Source: the human T2T-CHM13v2.0 reference genome, Homo sapiens
NCBI RefSeq assembly: GCF_009914755.1
Contig: NC_060926.1
Strand: one strand, 5' to 3'
Length of the DNA stretch: 64,000 nucleotides
The notes under the pieces were generated by a model, which was not told where the DNA came from, searched no databases, and saw only the letters and a list, made by a program, of their open reading frames with translations. The position numbers and the translations under genes are program-made. Shown here piece after piece: positions 41,756 through 56,864 of this stretch (positions are counted from its first letter, which is position 1; every line of letters begins with the position of its first letter).

Positions 41756-43384
41756 GGGAGTAAGTTTCGACTAGTTGGTGAACATGCCTTACCTGGGATT
41801 AAATATTTTAAATACTATTCATGGAAACAATTGACTTTGTGTGATTATTATTATTTTTATTTAGATAAGTTTAGCTTCCAGAAGAATGCTTCAAAAGAAA
41901 GGATAAATGGATTAAATGTAGACTGACTTTTTGCTATCTAAAAATGGGTATTTTTCTCCACTGTTAATGAAATTAAATTATACCAGAATTTTGCTACTTC
42001 ATCAAATTTTCATATGAAAGTAGAAATCATTCCTTTGAAAAAAAGAGCATTATTCAATCAGATATAATGAAAGAACTACTCAATTTGCAGCATAATTCTT
42101 AAGTTTTAGGAGCTAATGTTTTTACACAACAGCTCAAAATAAAACTGAAATATGCAAACACAATCTGTGATATCCTTGAGTAATGACATCATCTGTCTAC
42201 ATCTTTTTCCACTTGAGATTTAGTTAAGATTGACATTCAGAAAGCACTCTATAAAGGTGTTTTGATTTACTAAAAGACCTACTTGAATTAGTGAAAACTA
42301 CATTGAAACACATATACTGAATATATGATGTATAAATTCATGTGCAGTTGAAACATTTATAAATAGAGTAAAAATTGTGATTCATAGCAGGAAAGTTCTA
42401 TGCTGCATCTTAGAAATGTAATTGGAAATACAACTGAGCTCATTGATTGACTTGTGTGTGAAAATGGTAGACTCCCTACTTAATCAGATTCCAGATGGAA
42501 CAACTTAGTCTGAAAAATACGATTTTTTATGTAAGCAACATTTTTTTGGAAAAATTGATTAGTAAAAGCACATCATTTACATAAACAGATAAGCTGTCAA
42601 ATGCAATCCTTTAGGTCCAGTCTTTTTTAAAATAAAAATTCATCGTACTGAATCTAAAATATCAAAGGAAAAAAGATGATTATCACTGGTAACTTCCAGC
42701 TGAAGCTATATCTTATTTAATTTATGTTTTATATGTATATCCACATATCTGAATTTTTAAGCAAGTGGAAAAATGTGGAAGAAAAAAATGTATAAAATGT
42801 GAAAGGACCAGAAAGATAAGAAAAGAAAGAAAGAAGAAAAAAAGAGAGGCTTAAGTAAAATAGCATGCTGTGAATAAGTCTTCAGCCAAATGAAGCAAAA
42901 ACAAAATTAAAAAGGTTTCATATGGGAGGAAGTTCATAGGTTTATAAAAGAGGAAAAATGGAGATGGAAGGAAATTCAGCAAAAAGAAGCCATAAGTGAG
43001 AGTGCCATAATAGATTTCTCAGAGATTGGCCAAACCAACCCTGAAAACGAATAAAAGAAAAAATGAAGGCCAAATATATGGTGGACCCTATTCCTTGATC
43101 TCTTCTTATCCTATCTCCACAGAGGGTTATCTGGAAACAAAATGTTTTCTTTCATTTTCACTCCAAACACAGAAACCATTTCAACCACCTCAGATTTTTT
43201 TTTTTAAACAAATTGAAATGTATCACTTTCAAGCATAAATAGTGATTATATTTAACTATATTTGTAAATTATTTCCAATAGATTCTTAGGCCACCAGCTT
43301 TATTGAAGAGATTATAATTTCATTTTAAACATATAAGTGGTTGTGATATGCAGGGTAAGTTTATTTTAATAAGGTTAAATATTT

Positions 43385-43538
43385 CAGGGGCAGGGGGAGG
43401 GACAGCATTAGGAGAAATACCTAATGTAGAAAATGGGTTGATGAGTGCAACAAACCACCGTGGCACATGTATATCTACGTAATAAACCTGCACATGTTGC
43501 ACATGTACCTCAGAACTTAAAGTATAATAAAAAAAAAT
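43385..43538 (+). mobile_element. L1PA 3'-end fragment with A-tail
   Basis: ggggagggacagcattaggagaaatacctaatgtag...aacttaaagtataataaaaa. Confidence 0.88.
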
Positions 43539-46529
43539 TCCTACCATTGAAACTGTTTCTTTAGATTAAGTCACTGTCTCTAGAAGGCCTCAATAGAAAT
43601 AAAAAAAACATTATGAAGGATAAACATTTACATTAACATAAAATCATCGATATAATTAGGAAATAGGGTGGAGGAAGATGATAATAACTTCATGAGAGCA
43701 AGAAGAAACAAAGTTCTTTGAAAAGCAGAAGGGGTAAGACAAATCTTGAATTATCTAGTGCTAGTTTACTGGGGATGGAGAATATCAATGTGTGTCTAGT
43801 TGATTGGGCAAACAAGGAATGCCCTCATGCTATAGAATCCTTGGCTATTCTTTTGTTGCTTACCTGTCTTCTAAATGCCTTCACTTCAACTTTGAAGCTT
43901 CCTCTCTTGTAAGTTTATAATATCAATGAACTGTTTCATTTTCTTCTATTCTCTTTTTGATGCTTAAGGGTACTTTGTAAATATTTTACCCATATAAGAG
44001 CCATTTCCTTTGTCATAACAATTTTTCCTAGGGCTTTTAATGATTCCTTTTTATCCATTATCTTGTTAACAGGTTTTTGGTGTTGAACAATGTATTTTAT
44101 ACATTATGATACCCAATATATATTTGTTAAATAAATGAACTGAAGCAATAACGTTCATAATCACTATGAATGTCTAGTATAACATTTTAGTGATTTGAAA
44201 ATATAAACTTCAGTTATACTAAAAGAGATAAGATACGATATACAAAAGGACTTAGTATAGTGCCTGGAGCATAGATGTTTATTTCTATATAGGTGATCCA
44301 GTAAGTCATTTATTATGAAGTGGTGAAAAAAATTATTACTTTAAAGTTATTTTTGATCTCTCCAACCAAAGCCTATTATTTTGATTATCATGAATTTTGC
44401 TGCCTCTGTTGAACATCTGTGAAGTGTAACACAGTACTAGGCAAACATAAAAAGTCAATAATAAATTTATATTGATTAGGCATATTCATAAACATAGATT
44501 TTGTATTTGTTTTCTTAACAAGTTAATTTCTGCAGGATCATAATACATTTTAATCCTTCATATATTTATTAATGTAATATGCTGAGTATTCCTAGTGTCA
44601 TATACCCAGTTTGTACTGCTAATGCATGTTTATTAAACTTGACTTTTTAGATTTGGCATCTAACATTTTGTTGGTGTAGATTAGAGTTGAGATTAATAAA
44701 ACAAGGGATTAACTTTATTGTTGGGTCAAGTATGGCAAGAAGAAGCCCATAATGATAAGAAGTCACAGGTAAGGAAATTGAAGCAGGAAGACTTTTGGCA
44801 CTGAGAGGTTCTGGGGGGTCCAAGAGAGATCATTAATTTATAGTGTCTCTTCTTTAAAGGCAAGCACACAGAGGGCTCTTGGAATATATCAGTAAACAAA
44901 TCTTTACATTTGGGTGGTACAAGTATCTAGTAATAATTTACTGAAGATTTATTTGGCCATAATTCATTACCTAACATTCTAAATAAAAACTTGTAAGTAC
45001 TGTAAAGGTAATGTCTAAGGAGATTAAAGCCACAAAACATATCAAACCATTTCAAATAAAGCAGAAGTTACAACTATGGGGGTAATTTTTGAGGCTTGTT
45101 GAATCTATAAAAATATCTTAACCTTTCAAAATAAGGATAAAAGATGTAGAACTATAGGGATATTTTTGAGATCTTTCCCAGCTCTTAAATTCTAGGGTTC
45201 TAGAATCTTATAAATAGACTATGTTTAAAGATCAGCACAGCACAGACAAATATTTTGCTAAGAGCAAAGAATTAAACTGTGGGGCCGAAGAAAAGAAAAT
45301 TCAAATAAACGTCATCCTGGTGTCCTCAAACCAAACACTTAGTGGATATAAACTTAAATTAGTACTAACAATCTAAATTTCATGATCTTTCCACAAGCTT
45401 CTACAATAGAATCTAAACTTTGTAATCTCTCGATTTAATATTGCTTGAAATCCTTAAGGTTATTTTAACAAATATCAATCAGGTACAGAACCCAAAAAAT
45501 TCCTTTTTTTTTCTTTTTTTCTTTTTAGTTCTAGTTTCCTTCTCGTTGATGCTCTTGACTCAGGGAGTCACTAGAGGATGCCTCACTGTTCTCACTGCCA
45601 TTGGTGCTTTCCAGAGGATAATGACCAAGTGTGCTTCCTCCCTATTACCTAAAAGTTGCCAAAACATTTCCACAAATAAGTGTGAGGTATCTGGTCACAT
45701 TTTATCATTTAATCCTTAATAGTTACTCCTCCTTACACACACACACACACAACCAAGGTTTTATCAATGGAAACAATTTCTTTATCTTAGATCTCTAACC
45801 CTCAGTTTATAAGAATTTGAAACCATTTCAAGAGACTTGGCAAGAAACTAAGGCCATTCTATTGACTAGCTTCTCCATGAACCAAATTCCCTAATAATGT
45901 CTTTATCCTTTTCTCTAAAGTGAAAGCCTTCACTAAAATCTCTTTTTAAAAATTCTCACTATTTTATTTGAACATTGGTACAGCTGGTAGGCCATACTAT
46001 CATAATAACCAACTACTTGTTGTTACTGACAACTAATTGTTGGGTGTCAACTTATTAGACAAGACTATTTCAACTGCAAGCAACATAAAAACGATTTAAG
46101 CGGACATCGGGGAAAATAAAGTCTGGCTGATAACGATGTGCAGAGATTCAAGCAAAGTTACTGGGATATAGATCGTCTCTTTATGGATTGGATTTTCTGT
46201 ATTCTATCTTGACTTACTTCTCTAACAGCATTTCTCAACATTATGAGAGTCATCTCAAGGCTTCTACCAACTAGTTTAGCAACCCTGATAAGGATAGAAA
46301 TGATCTTTCCTAATAGCTCCAGCAAAGGCCTAAAACTGAGTGCTATTGGCCTTTTTGAGTTACAAGACCATCCATGGTTCACAGGTCAATTGTTGTGTTC
46401 AAAGGAATAATATGCCCTGAATGAGTAGGCTTGGTTCTCCTTAAATCGGTAGTTGAAATTAGCTATACAAAAATCACATGAACTGAGTGAAGAGAAAGAA
46501 GGCATTCCGCATTAGAAAACTGAGGTGCA

Positions 46530-46841
46530 GGCCAGGCACGGTGGCTTACACCTGTAATCCCAGCACTTTGGGAGGCCGAGGCGGGTGGATCACCTGAGGT
46601 CAGGAGTTCAAGACCATCCTGACCAACATGGTGAAACACCGTGTCTACTAAAAATACAAAAATTAGCAAGGTATGGTGGTGCAGGCCTATAATCCCAGTG
46701 ACTTGGGAGGCTGAGGCATGAGAATTGCTTGAACCCAGGAGGCGGAGTTGCAGTGAGTCAAAATCGCGCCATTGCATTCCAGCCTGGGCAACGAGAGCAA
46801 AACTCGGTCTCAAAAAAAAAAAAAAAAAAAAAGAAAGAAAA
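46530..46841 (+). mobile_element. AluS (Sp/Sq-like)
   Basis: Perfect 16-bp TSD agaaaactgaggtgca (46514-46529, 46842-46857). Confidence 0.97.
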
Positions 46842-48039
46842 AGAAAACTGAGGTGCACATAACAAAAGAAATGGTAATGGACAACAGGCAACTATGTTCA
46901 CCAGTGTTGATCAAACTCCTATTTTAGTATCTTCACCTTTTCTTTACCAATCAATAAATTGTATTGTTTACAGATGAGGAGGGAAAAGGAATAAATAAGA
47001 AAAGAAAAATAATGAAAGTTCACATTCCTGCTTACGAGATTTTCTCAATTCATATATCTGTGGCCAAGACTGTACCCTGTCCTTTGCACTGCCTTTGAAA
47101 GGACACAGACATAATTTCAATAAACATGTTTTCACCTTTCCCAGCATTTGGCCTTCGTAGCTTTATATCATCAGTGTAAATATTATAGGAATTGTAATGG
47201 CCATTTGCACAGGGAAGAAAACCTGGTATTGTGTGCTGGTGGAATATCAATTCTAGAGACAAACAGAATATAACCTCAGCATGTTACCTCAATACCTCAG
47301 CAAATATCACACTTTCTGAAGAATGTCATAAGCAGATATCTCTTCCAGATTAGAAACCCTCTTCCAGGTTAAGGTTAAAAAGTGTGAGAAAATTTCCCAT
47401 GGTATCTTCATTACCCATAGTAGAAAACTGTTAGGAAAAGTATCTTTTTTTTTTTAATTTTTATTTTTAAGGGAATGAGCACAGAGCTTCCATGCCTTTC
47501 ATGGGTGTGGCATCCTCCAGAAACCTCCAATTGTCCAGCTGTCCAGAGGCTCTGAGAAACAACTTTTTGTAAGTTTATAGAATATAACATCTTGGTAAGA
47601 GTTGGAGATTTATTTATCTTCTCCATTGACATCTTTGTTTACTGTTAAGTGTAAGATACAGAGGAAGGAAGTACAGGCTTGTGAGGACAATCCAAACACT
47701 AGTCCCAGATCTGCTAAGGTCTATACATGTACTTAGTGCAAGTAACTCTAACAGTTTATTTCAGCCTCTTCATATTAACAGATAGTAATAACTCGCCTTT
47801 TTATAACATGGTTCTTAAAAGAATGAAATATTGCTATGACCACCCATTGAAAAATTATAAAGTGTTTTATGAAGGCAAGGTAGCACTTTATTACTCTTGC
47901 TCTTATTTTATCATCTACTCTTTTACCGTATATTTCTATATATGGTAACATAAGCCTGTTTCCTCCAACCTTAACAGTCATAAATTCTGTTTCACAGCCT
48001 CTAAATGGATCCTGGTAACCCCTAAATCTCTCTCTTCAT

Positions 48040-48350
48040 TCCCAAACTCTCTCATGATAGTTAAATGCATTTAGTCAACTACTGACTTAGCATGTCCACT
48101 GAGATATCTGATGGGGGACTTTCATACTTAACATGTTCAAAGCAAAATTTGATCCTGTTCCTCTAATCTTTTTTCTACTCCCACCATCTCCCTGGTAATA
48201 AATTGAACTGAAAATCACCAGTTGCTCAGGTCAAAAATCTGTCTTTCATCAGTAACTATTTCTCTTCACCTTAAATATCTTATTCATCAGCAAGATCTCA
48301 AAATATATCTACACCATGATATCTTTTCACCACCTTCACTTTAAACCACT
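48040..48350 (+). mobile_element. L2 fragment
   Basis: catgtccactgagatatct...cttaacatgttcaaagcaaaa...ccagttgctcaggtcaaaaa. Confidence 0.6.
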
Positions 48351-48511
48351 GTAAGAAAGCCTTCCTTCTTCCACACTTACCCTCCTGGTAGGCTACATCT
48401 AAGAAAAGCAGGTTCAGGTGGTTCATTTTGCATTGTCATATTTTGCAGCATGTGTTACTGTTTCCAAATCAGCTATTTTGACAGTTGGGCCAGGAATTAG
48501 ATATTTCTGTC

Positions 48512-48813
48512 TTTTTTTTTTTTTTTTTTGAGACAGAGTGTCTCTCATTCAGCCACCTAGGCTGGAGAGCAGTGACACAATCTTGGCTCACTGCAACCTC
48601 CACCCTCCATGTTCAAGAGATTCTTCTGCCCCAGCCTCCTGAGTAGCTGGGACTACAGGCACACACCAACACGCCCAGCTAATTTTTCTATTTTTAGTAG
48701 AGATGGGGTTTCACGATGTTGGCCAGGATGGTCTCGATCTCATGACCTTGTGATCTGCCCGCCTCGGCCTCCCAGAGTGCTGGCATTACAGGCCTGAGCC
48801 ACCACGCCTGACC
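48512..48813 (-). mobile_element. AluS (Sc-like)
   Basis: Alu consensus on the minus strand with poly(T). Confidence 0.95.
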
Positions 48814-50339
48814 AAGAGATTTCTTAAACAAAGTTTCTGCTCAATAAAAGTACTCTGTATTTGATAATGACACATTACACTAAAACAATTAGAACTTGCT
48901 TAGGGAGTTTTACTGTGAAAGGGAGTCAGGAATATTGACAACAGAATCCAAGCAACTCCACTGGAAAAACAATGAAATAAGAATCTATTGAGCTGGAGAA
49001 TGATGTGTGTACACTTGTGTGTATATGTGTGTGTATGTAGTTTGCATGTATTATATCAGTATGTGTGGCTATTAAAAGAGAGACAGAAACATAGTTTAAC
49101 CATTGCATCCTTGGGAAAGGGGACTGCTAGGATAGTCTTGTAAACTGAGAGTCTCTAATTTAAGAACCTTTGTTACACAACTTTTGAAAGTGTTTGCTAT
49201 TTGTCTTCTGTGTTTCTTAAACCATCGTTAACTGAGGCATCCAAAGGAAGTCCATGTTCTTTGTAGCTTGAAAAAAAAATCATCAAAAATAGCTATTTCG
49301 GGTGGCTTTTGAGTAATAGATCTTCACAGAAGCTTGGAGGTTATGTAAATAGCAATCGTGCAAATGTGGAGGGGATAGCAAGTGGTAGCTCAAGATTTGT
49401 CTGTGCAGCTGATGATCTCTTACATAAAATATGTACCTGCCAAAGCCAAGTTTTGACTACAGCTTTGGAATTCTTTCAATGTGTTAAGTAATGTAGGAAC
49501 AGGAGAAATAAAAGTTTGCTTCTCATACCTCTAAATTACTACATAAGGAAAAATACAAAAAAGGAAGAAAAATACTTGTGTTATATAAAATTATTGTATA
49601 CTTTCTTCTTGTAACTGGTGCTCTAAGTTAGCTTTAAACTAGCACTTAAAACATGCACGGCACAATGAAAACAACCCAAAACACTGAAGTCTAAAGGTGA
49701 TAAGATTTCCTGGTCAAGATCATGGTCAAGGACTCTACTAGTGAGGGTCAGGCACTTAGAAATTTGAATGAGATTACTCAGGAAGAATTGAAAGCGCATG
49801 AGAAGTTGGAGAATCCCATCAGCTCTTTAATATATCACTACAAGTAGAGCAAATCAGAATGCCCCATGAGCCTGGGAACAATGTCAATAAATCAGATTAA
49901 CAAACACAAAAAAATTAGCAAGAATTTTGTATAACCTTTTAAAGCAAGCCATTAAACAATTAGGTAAATATAAACTTTAACAGTTCCTGATGTAAAAGCT
50001 TAGCAAATAGGTAAATATTACGTTGAGATGATTGCTTGCTTGGTGGAAATGCATGGGGAAATGACAGACTGTTCAGTGTGTTAATGTGAACAGCTCTCTA
50101 TAGCTTTAATATCTTCTTGGATTGACTAATGCAAATTAGTCCCAGTGGTGGCCCACACTTCTCAACACTGAAGAACCAATAGACTACCAGCTATGAGAGG
50201 AAAGAGTGGAATTATACCTATCATATGCATCTTATTGATTCACTCCTGCCTTAAAGTCCCAGGTAGAATGCAAAAACAGTACAAAACAAAATGTGCACTG
50301 CCATGCATTTAGGAGAAGCTGTTAGAAGTTAAAATATCA

Positions 50340-50636
<297 letters not shown>

Positions 50637-51569
50637 GTGGTTAAAATACCACTTTTCCGATAGTCCTATCCAAGCCAATAAATGCTAGTAAGAGAGAAAA
50701 ACTACAGAAAATTAACCACAAAATCCCAAAGGCCTTAAATATAGCAATGATGTATTGCTCACTCAGGCTGTACTAAGAAAGAACACCTTGTAGGGAGTTT
50801 TAGTAACTCAATCAGTAGTAGCTCTGGTCATGTTTCCTGACAGCCTGTTGGGTAGAACTATCACATGGCTTTGACAAATTGCAAGGTGTCAGAAAAATGC
50901 CAAATGAAATAAAAGGGGAACATTATTGTTTCTGTTTCATTGCCATTCTGTTCACCAACTCTCCCCTGACTGTCTTTTACATAGAACACATTCAACCCTT
51001 CCCCAAGGGAGATAGCCCACATGTTTTTGCTTATCTTGCTCTAAGTTTGGAACACCTAGGTGATGTATGAGAGTCCCTACATTGTCATTACAGTTGTTTC
51101 CTGTTGGTCTCAAGATGAATTAACCTAAAAAAAAAAAAAAAAAGTTATCCCACCAAATCTAATGTGTAACAGTAATAGGATTGAGGTAGCTACAATTAAC
51201 ATATCTAACTAGAGAGAAACAAGTACATACAGATTCTGAAAGCACACTGGGCAGAGGTCATGTGTGCCCCCATCCTGGAGAGGGAAACTGCTCCTCAGGC
51301 CCTCACCCTGAGAGTGACTTCACTGTCTACAGTTTTTTTCCTTTCTGAAATTCTTCTTTCTCTATTTTATTTATTTATCATAACTGACATTGACTTTGGG
51401 GAATAAACTCTTCTTACATGTTGTATAGCTTTCTCTTTGCCATAAAAGATTGGGGCTTCAGTGCTTTTTTAGTTACAGTCTCTTTGAATCCAGACTCTAA
51501 AACTTGGTTACGATGACTTGTTTGTATTCTATCGTACCCGCATCATGTACCAGTAACTGTGCCTACAGG

Positions 51570-51867
51570 TTTTGTTGTTGTTATTGTTCCTGTTTTAGAT
51601 AGGGTCTCACTCTGTCACCCAGGCTGGATCATGGCTCAGCGAGGCCTCAACTTTCCAGGCTCAAGCCATTCCCCAGCCTCAGCCTCCCGAGTAACTGGGA
51701 CTACAGGTGTGTGCCACCACACCCAGCTAATGTTTGTATATTTTGTAGAGCTTGGGTTTCACATGTTGCCCAGGCTGGTCTTGAACTCCTCAATTCAAGC
51801 AATCCGATCCGCCCTCCTTGGCCTTCCAAATAGCTGGGATTATAGGCGTGAGCCACTGCACCTGGCC
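51570..51867 (-). mobile_element. AluJ
   Basis: atagggtctcactctgtcacccaggctgg..gcctcaactttccaggctcaagc (J-type). Confidence 0.9.
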
Positions 51868-52209
51868 AACCTACTGTTTTATTGCATTTATATTTCTCAT
51901 GATGAATATAATGCTTGGCTCTTTGATTTCCACTTTCTCCTTCTCCCTCCCCTTGCTCTTTTCACTCACTTAGTGGAATTAATGGTAGGCACCTTGAGGT
52001 TATATAACCAGAAGAGCTAAAAGAGCCGCATCATTATCATAAACTTTCCCTCTAATAAATTTTTAAACTGAAAAAATTTACTGGGTGCCACACCTTAGTA
52101 TGATCTTTGCTTTGAGACAATTTAATTAATTGAAAGATTTTGCTAAATATTTATTACTCAAAGTCATTCTTATTCTAGTTTTTGCCTGTTTGCAGTTGAA
52201 AGTTACCAT

Positions 52210-52335
52210 TAGGACAAATACCAAATGCATGTGGGGCTTAAAACCTAGATGACGGGTTGATAGGTGTAGCAAACCACCATGGCATGTGTATGCCTATGTA
52301 ACAAACCTGCATGTTCTGCACATGTATCCCAGAAC

Positions 52336-52368
<33 letters not shown>

Positions 52369-52371
52369 CAA
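52210..52371 (+). mobile_element. L1PA 3'-end fragment with (AAAAC)n tail
   Basis: taggacaaataccaaatgcatgtggggcttaaaacctagatgacggg...cccagaacttaaa. Confidence 0.88.
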
Positions 52372-52755
52372 GGTGGCATTTCTGATAGTGCAACTTCACT
52401 AATTTCTGAGATTTCTCTAGTCCCTTTCATTTCTGGTCAGAAAATTGATAATCCTTCCATGAGCTCAGCTCTTTCCTGCAGTGCCTCCCTGGTGCAGCTG
52501 AAAACAAATAAAGCCCACTACTAATGTTCTTTGCAGAGCTATTTGTCCATAGCTAAAGGTTCATTAATCTATGACTTGCCTTCCAACTTTCCACAGGCAA
52601 CAGTATTACCTAATATTTTGCCATTTTATTACTTGGATCACTGCCTTTTCCGGGTTTTATATTAGTTTTTTTGCCATTATTCTCAATTACTAAGCCTAAC
52701 AATTAAGCTAAAGGCATACATTTTAAGCTTTTTTTCTTTCGTTTGTTTCTGTAGT

Positions 52756-52845
52756 TTCTCTTCCTTTCTCCTTCTCCTTCTCCCTTCTCTTCTTCTTCTC
52801 CTCCTCTTCTGCTTCTCCTCCTCCTCCTTTTTCCTTCTACTTCTT
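52756..52845. repeat. CT-rich low-complexity tract
   Basis: Directly visible. Confidence 0.85.
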
Positions 52846-53784
52846 ATTAATAATTAATCCAGATAGAAAAGGCTATGCTGTAGTTACAAACACCACCAAT
52901 ATATCAGAGGTTTTATAAACAAGTCTGTGCATGGCACTCATGGCTGGCAAGGGAAACTTTTTCTTGCTTATGCTATGTTCTATCACCTTGTGCCTCCACC
53001 GTTTTACAAAACAATTGGCCTACTTGGTTGTCATAAAAGAGAAGGAGAGACTAGAGGACAATACTTGTTTGCCTATAGGATCATTTTTACTGACTCAGCC
53101 TTACACTTATTTTCCAGCACAGCCCTAGGGCCAAGTGTCTTTGCTCTATAGGGAGGTTGAAAATGTAGAGGTGCACATAGAATATGTGGTAAGCATTGCA
53201 GTCTCGCAGTGGACTCAGTGGTGCCTGTCAAGTGTTAGAAGGTATGTGATCATTGACATGTGACTAAGAGACTTTTAATCCCTTTTAATAACTAGATATA
53301 GCTATAGTAGATAAATTATATTCATAGCTGACCTGGAAAGGTACTAGCTAGAATTTGCTTGCTGTAGGAATTGTTTGGAAGGATAAACAAGAAAGGAAAT
53401 CTTCTCATTTGAGATAATATTTTAGTACATAATCCCCATAAAATGATCATAGCCCTTTGTCCAGAGAACAGTTCAAGGCAGAAAGGTGGACATTTATAGG
53501 TGAATAATTAATCCCCAAAATGGTCTTGTAAAATAGCTCTGCACAACAGGCCTGCTATAACAGGACACATCTCTATTGTGACTAATGAAGCCAATCTTAG
53601 TCCTGCTCCTGACTTTTGAATATGAGACACAGAGAGAGGCCATCACCAGAAAACAGAGAAGCAATAGTAGAACCCTGCATCCTAAGATATATATTATGAT
53701 AAATGTCCATTTACTGAGGTAAAGTGTTTCTATTTCTTGCAACTTGAAACATCCTGACTCACACAAAAAGTAGATATGTGCAAA

Positions 53785-54490
53785 TTATGAAGATATTGTA
53801 TCCCCCCAAAAGTCAGATGTTAAAGCCTCACCCCCAACGTGGCTATTTGGAGATAGGGCTTTTTAGGAAGCCAGTTAGGTTAAATGAAGTCATACAGGTG
53901 GGTTGCTAATCCTCTAGGACTGGTGCCTTTATACATAGAGGAAACTACACTAGATATTTGTCTTTTCTTTCTTTCTTTTTGAGACAGAGTTTCCCTTTGT
54001 CATGCAGGCTGGAGTGCAGCGGCACGATCTCAGCTCACTGCAACCTCCACCTCCCAGTCTCAAGTGATTCTTGTTGCTCAGCCTCCTGAGTAGCTAGAAT
54101 TACAGGCACATGCCACCATGTCCAACTAATTTTTGAATTTTTAGTAGAGACGGGGTTTCACCATGATGGCCAGGCTGGTCTCAAACTCCTGGCCTCAAGT
54201 GATTCACCCACCTCGGCCTCCCAGAGTGCTGGGATTACAGGCATGAGCTATTGCACCCGGCCTGCACTAGATATTTTTCTTTCTCTGTGCACACAAAGGA
54301 AAGGGTATGATAGGGCACAGCAAGAAGGTGGCTGTCTACAAACCAGAAAGAGAGATCCCACCAGAAATAAACACTGGCAGCACCTTGGTCTAGGACATTC
54401 AGCCTCCAGAACTTTGAGAAAATAAATTTCTATTGTTTAAGTCCGGCCGTTGACGGTATCTTGATATGGCAGCCTGAGAAGAGTAATACA
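53785..54490 (+). mobile_element. MLT1A/MSTD-like MaLR LTR, split by an Alu
   Basis: tgtatccccccaaaagtcagatgttaaagcc...cagcctccagaactttgagaaaataaatttctattgtttaag...taataca. Confidence 0.8.
53960..54262 (-). mobile_element. AluS (Sz/Sx-like)
   Basis: TSD t(a/g)cactagatattt. Confidence 0.95.
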
Positions 54491-54899
54491 GCATATATTC
54501 TTTACTGAGGTGCCTTGGTATGAGCACACTATGCCTATTGCTACTTGGTTTTCTTTTATCTAAGAACCTCTTATTCAAACGTTTTCGGTTCCATAATAGA
54601 AGTATTAATTTATTCTTTTTTGCCTTGGCAGCTTTTTGTAGTTTAATGGTTTAAAGATCAACAAAGACAATCCATGGACTTCACAAATCAGTAACAGTAA
54701 GAAAAACATAAATATTATCAGGATTTTACTAATCCTCGTGGATGCTCATGTGGAAAATTGAGGCAAGTATATGAAACAAACGGCCCCTGATATTTGCAAT
54801 ACTTGGAAGTTTTTTGTTTGCTCTTATTTTTTGAAAGCTTTTGTCTAGAACTGTTTTTAATAAACTTTTTCTCATTTTAATAATAATTAAATTTATAAA

Positions 54900-55990
54900 A
54901 CATATTTTGAGCATTTATCATATGTCAGAGTTCTAGGTGCTGAGGAGTAATTAATGAACAAAATAGACACAAATTTATACCTTCACAAAGGTTGGTAAGA
55001 GAAGGCAGGTAATAAATATAGATATGCTAAATATTTGATATGCTATGTAGTGATATGTGTTGCCATGTTGGAAAGGAGATTTGGGTGGGAGGAATTACAA
55101 TTTAACTGAAGATAACATTTGAGTAGAAAATCTGGAGGAGATATGAGATAGTCAACCACATATCTGAAGGAAAGATCATTCCAGGCAGAAGGAACAGCAA
55201 ATTCACAGATGTGAAAAGAAAGCATGTTGATGGGTTTAAGAAGTAGCAAAGTCAGCTTGGCTGGAGGAAGGTGATGGGAGTGGGGAAGATGTAGGAGATA
55301 GGATCAGAAAGGTGATCAACTGGGTCCTGGTTAATTGAAGGATTTGTCTTTTGACCTCAGAGAGGTAGAAGTCACTGACGGATATTGAGCAAAGCTATGA
55401 CATGATCTGACATATTTTAACAACACAACTCTGGCTGCTGCATTGAGAACAATAGGTTATAAGATGCCAAGAAAACAGAGAGGAAGACCAGGTAGGAAAT
55501 AATCTAAGTGACAAAGGAGTGAAATGATGGTGTCTTGGATCAGAAGCACCCTAGTGGAGGTATTGGGAAGTTGCCTGATTCTGGATACATTTTGTAGACA
55601 GAGCCATTAGCATGTGCTGACTTACTGAATACAAAGTGTGACAAAAAGAGGGGTATTAAGGGTTATTCCAAGGTTTTTGGTCTGGACAAATGTAAGGAGG
55701 GGTTTTCATTCACTGAGATGGGCTAAGTGAGAAGCTACACATAGGTTGGAGGCAAGAAGAATTAGCAGTTTCTTTTCGACCATGTGAAGTTTGAAATATT
55801 CGACATATTGAAGATTGAATATTCTAGATCTATGTGGAGATGTCAGATGAATAGTTCAAGATTTGAGTCTGGAATTGAGGGAATGAGACATAAACATTTG
55901 AATGGTGTCAATAAATAAAAGATATTTAAAGCCTTAACACAGATGATACCACAGAGGAAGGGTGTGTAGCTAGGTAAGAGAAAAAAATCA
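54900..55990 (-). mobile_element. L2 (about 1 kb)
   Basis: ttttgagcatttatcatatgtcag...ccaggcagaaggaacagcaaa...ctctggctgctg...gattctggatacattttg. Confidence 0.8.
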
Positions 55991-56864
55991 AGTGATAATT
56001 AGAGATTCTGATTAGATGCAGCAACTTTTATGAAGCTATTGTCAATTATTTTATTTTAGCACTTCTTGATTCTATTCTTGTTGTATCCAAACAAACTTAT
56101 AGAATAATACTCGACATTTACTTCTTTACTTAAAATATAAGTCCTTCTTTATTTCATAAAAATTTAAGTTGATTGTAGTATGTCTCTCTTTTACAATATG
56201 GAGAATTTTGATATCTTTAAGTTTACGGACTTTCTTAACTTTCTGAAGAATGTTTATTTTTCACTCGTTCAGACATTATCATTCCTGATTATCAAGTCTA
56301 TTGTTGATATTTCTGAATCTTATTCTGTGAAACAAAACAAATCAAAAGTTTCCATATTCTAATTCTTTGAAGCAAAATAGTACTTTTCACATCATTACAA
56401 AACCAGAAACAAGATTACTTGTTCTTAATAGGGACATGAATATCATTGTTAAATGAATAGATTCAGATGCAAAAGAAGAGAGAGTTCATGGATAAAGGAA
56501 TGGACAGAGCTGATAGGAGGTTGTTTTGATCTAATTACAATTAATTGGAAGAGAAGACCCTAAACTGGTCAAGACTTAATTTTAGTAGTGTTTAAATAAA
56601 ATGTCTTTCTGTTATTAGAAGTATATAAAATAATTTGCAATTATGGTAGCACTGTAACTGCTTCTATTCAGGACAATAATAATGTAGCCCTATGTCCTCT
56701 TACTTATGTATGAAGAAGTGAGGGTGGAGAGACAATCTGGACAGCCTTCCTCTGACTGGGTTTTGTCCAGTGTTAATTCGGTAACAGAGTCTGCCTGAAG
56801 TCAAATTTAATGCTACATACACTATCCTGATAAGTAATTGGAAATATTACTAAAATGTTGTGGA

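Noticed and set aside
46463-46891. Longest ORFs (142 aa here; also 51559-52020, 59161-59580, 9483-9953, 26237-26671)
   Set aside because: All lie largely within Alu or MST LTR sequence and give the familiar repeat-derived pseudo-peptides.
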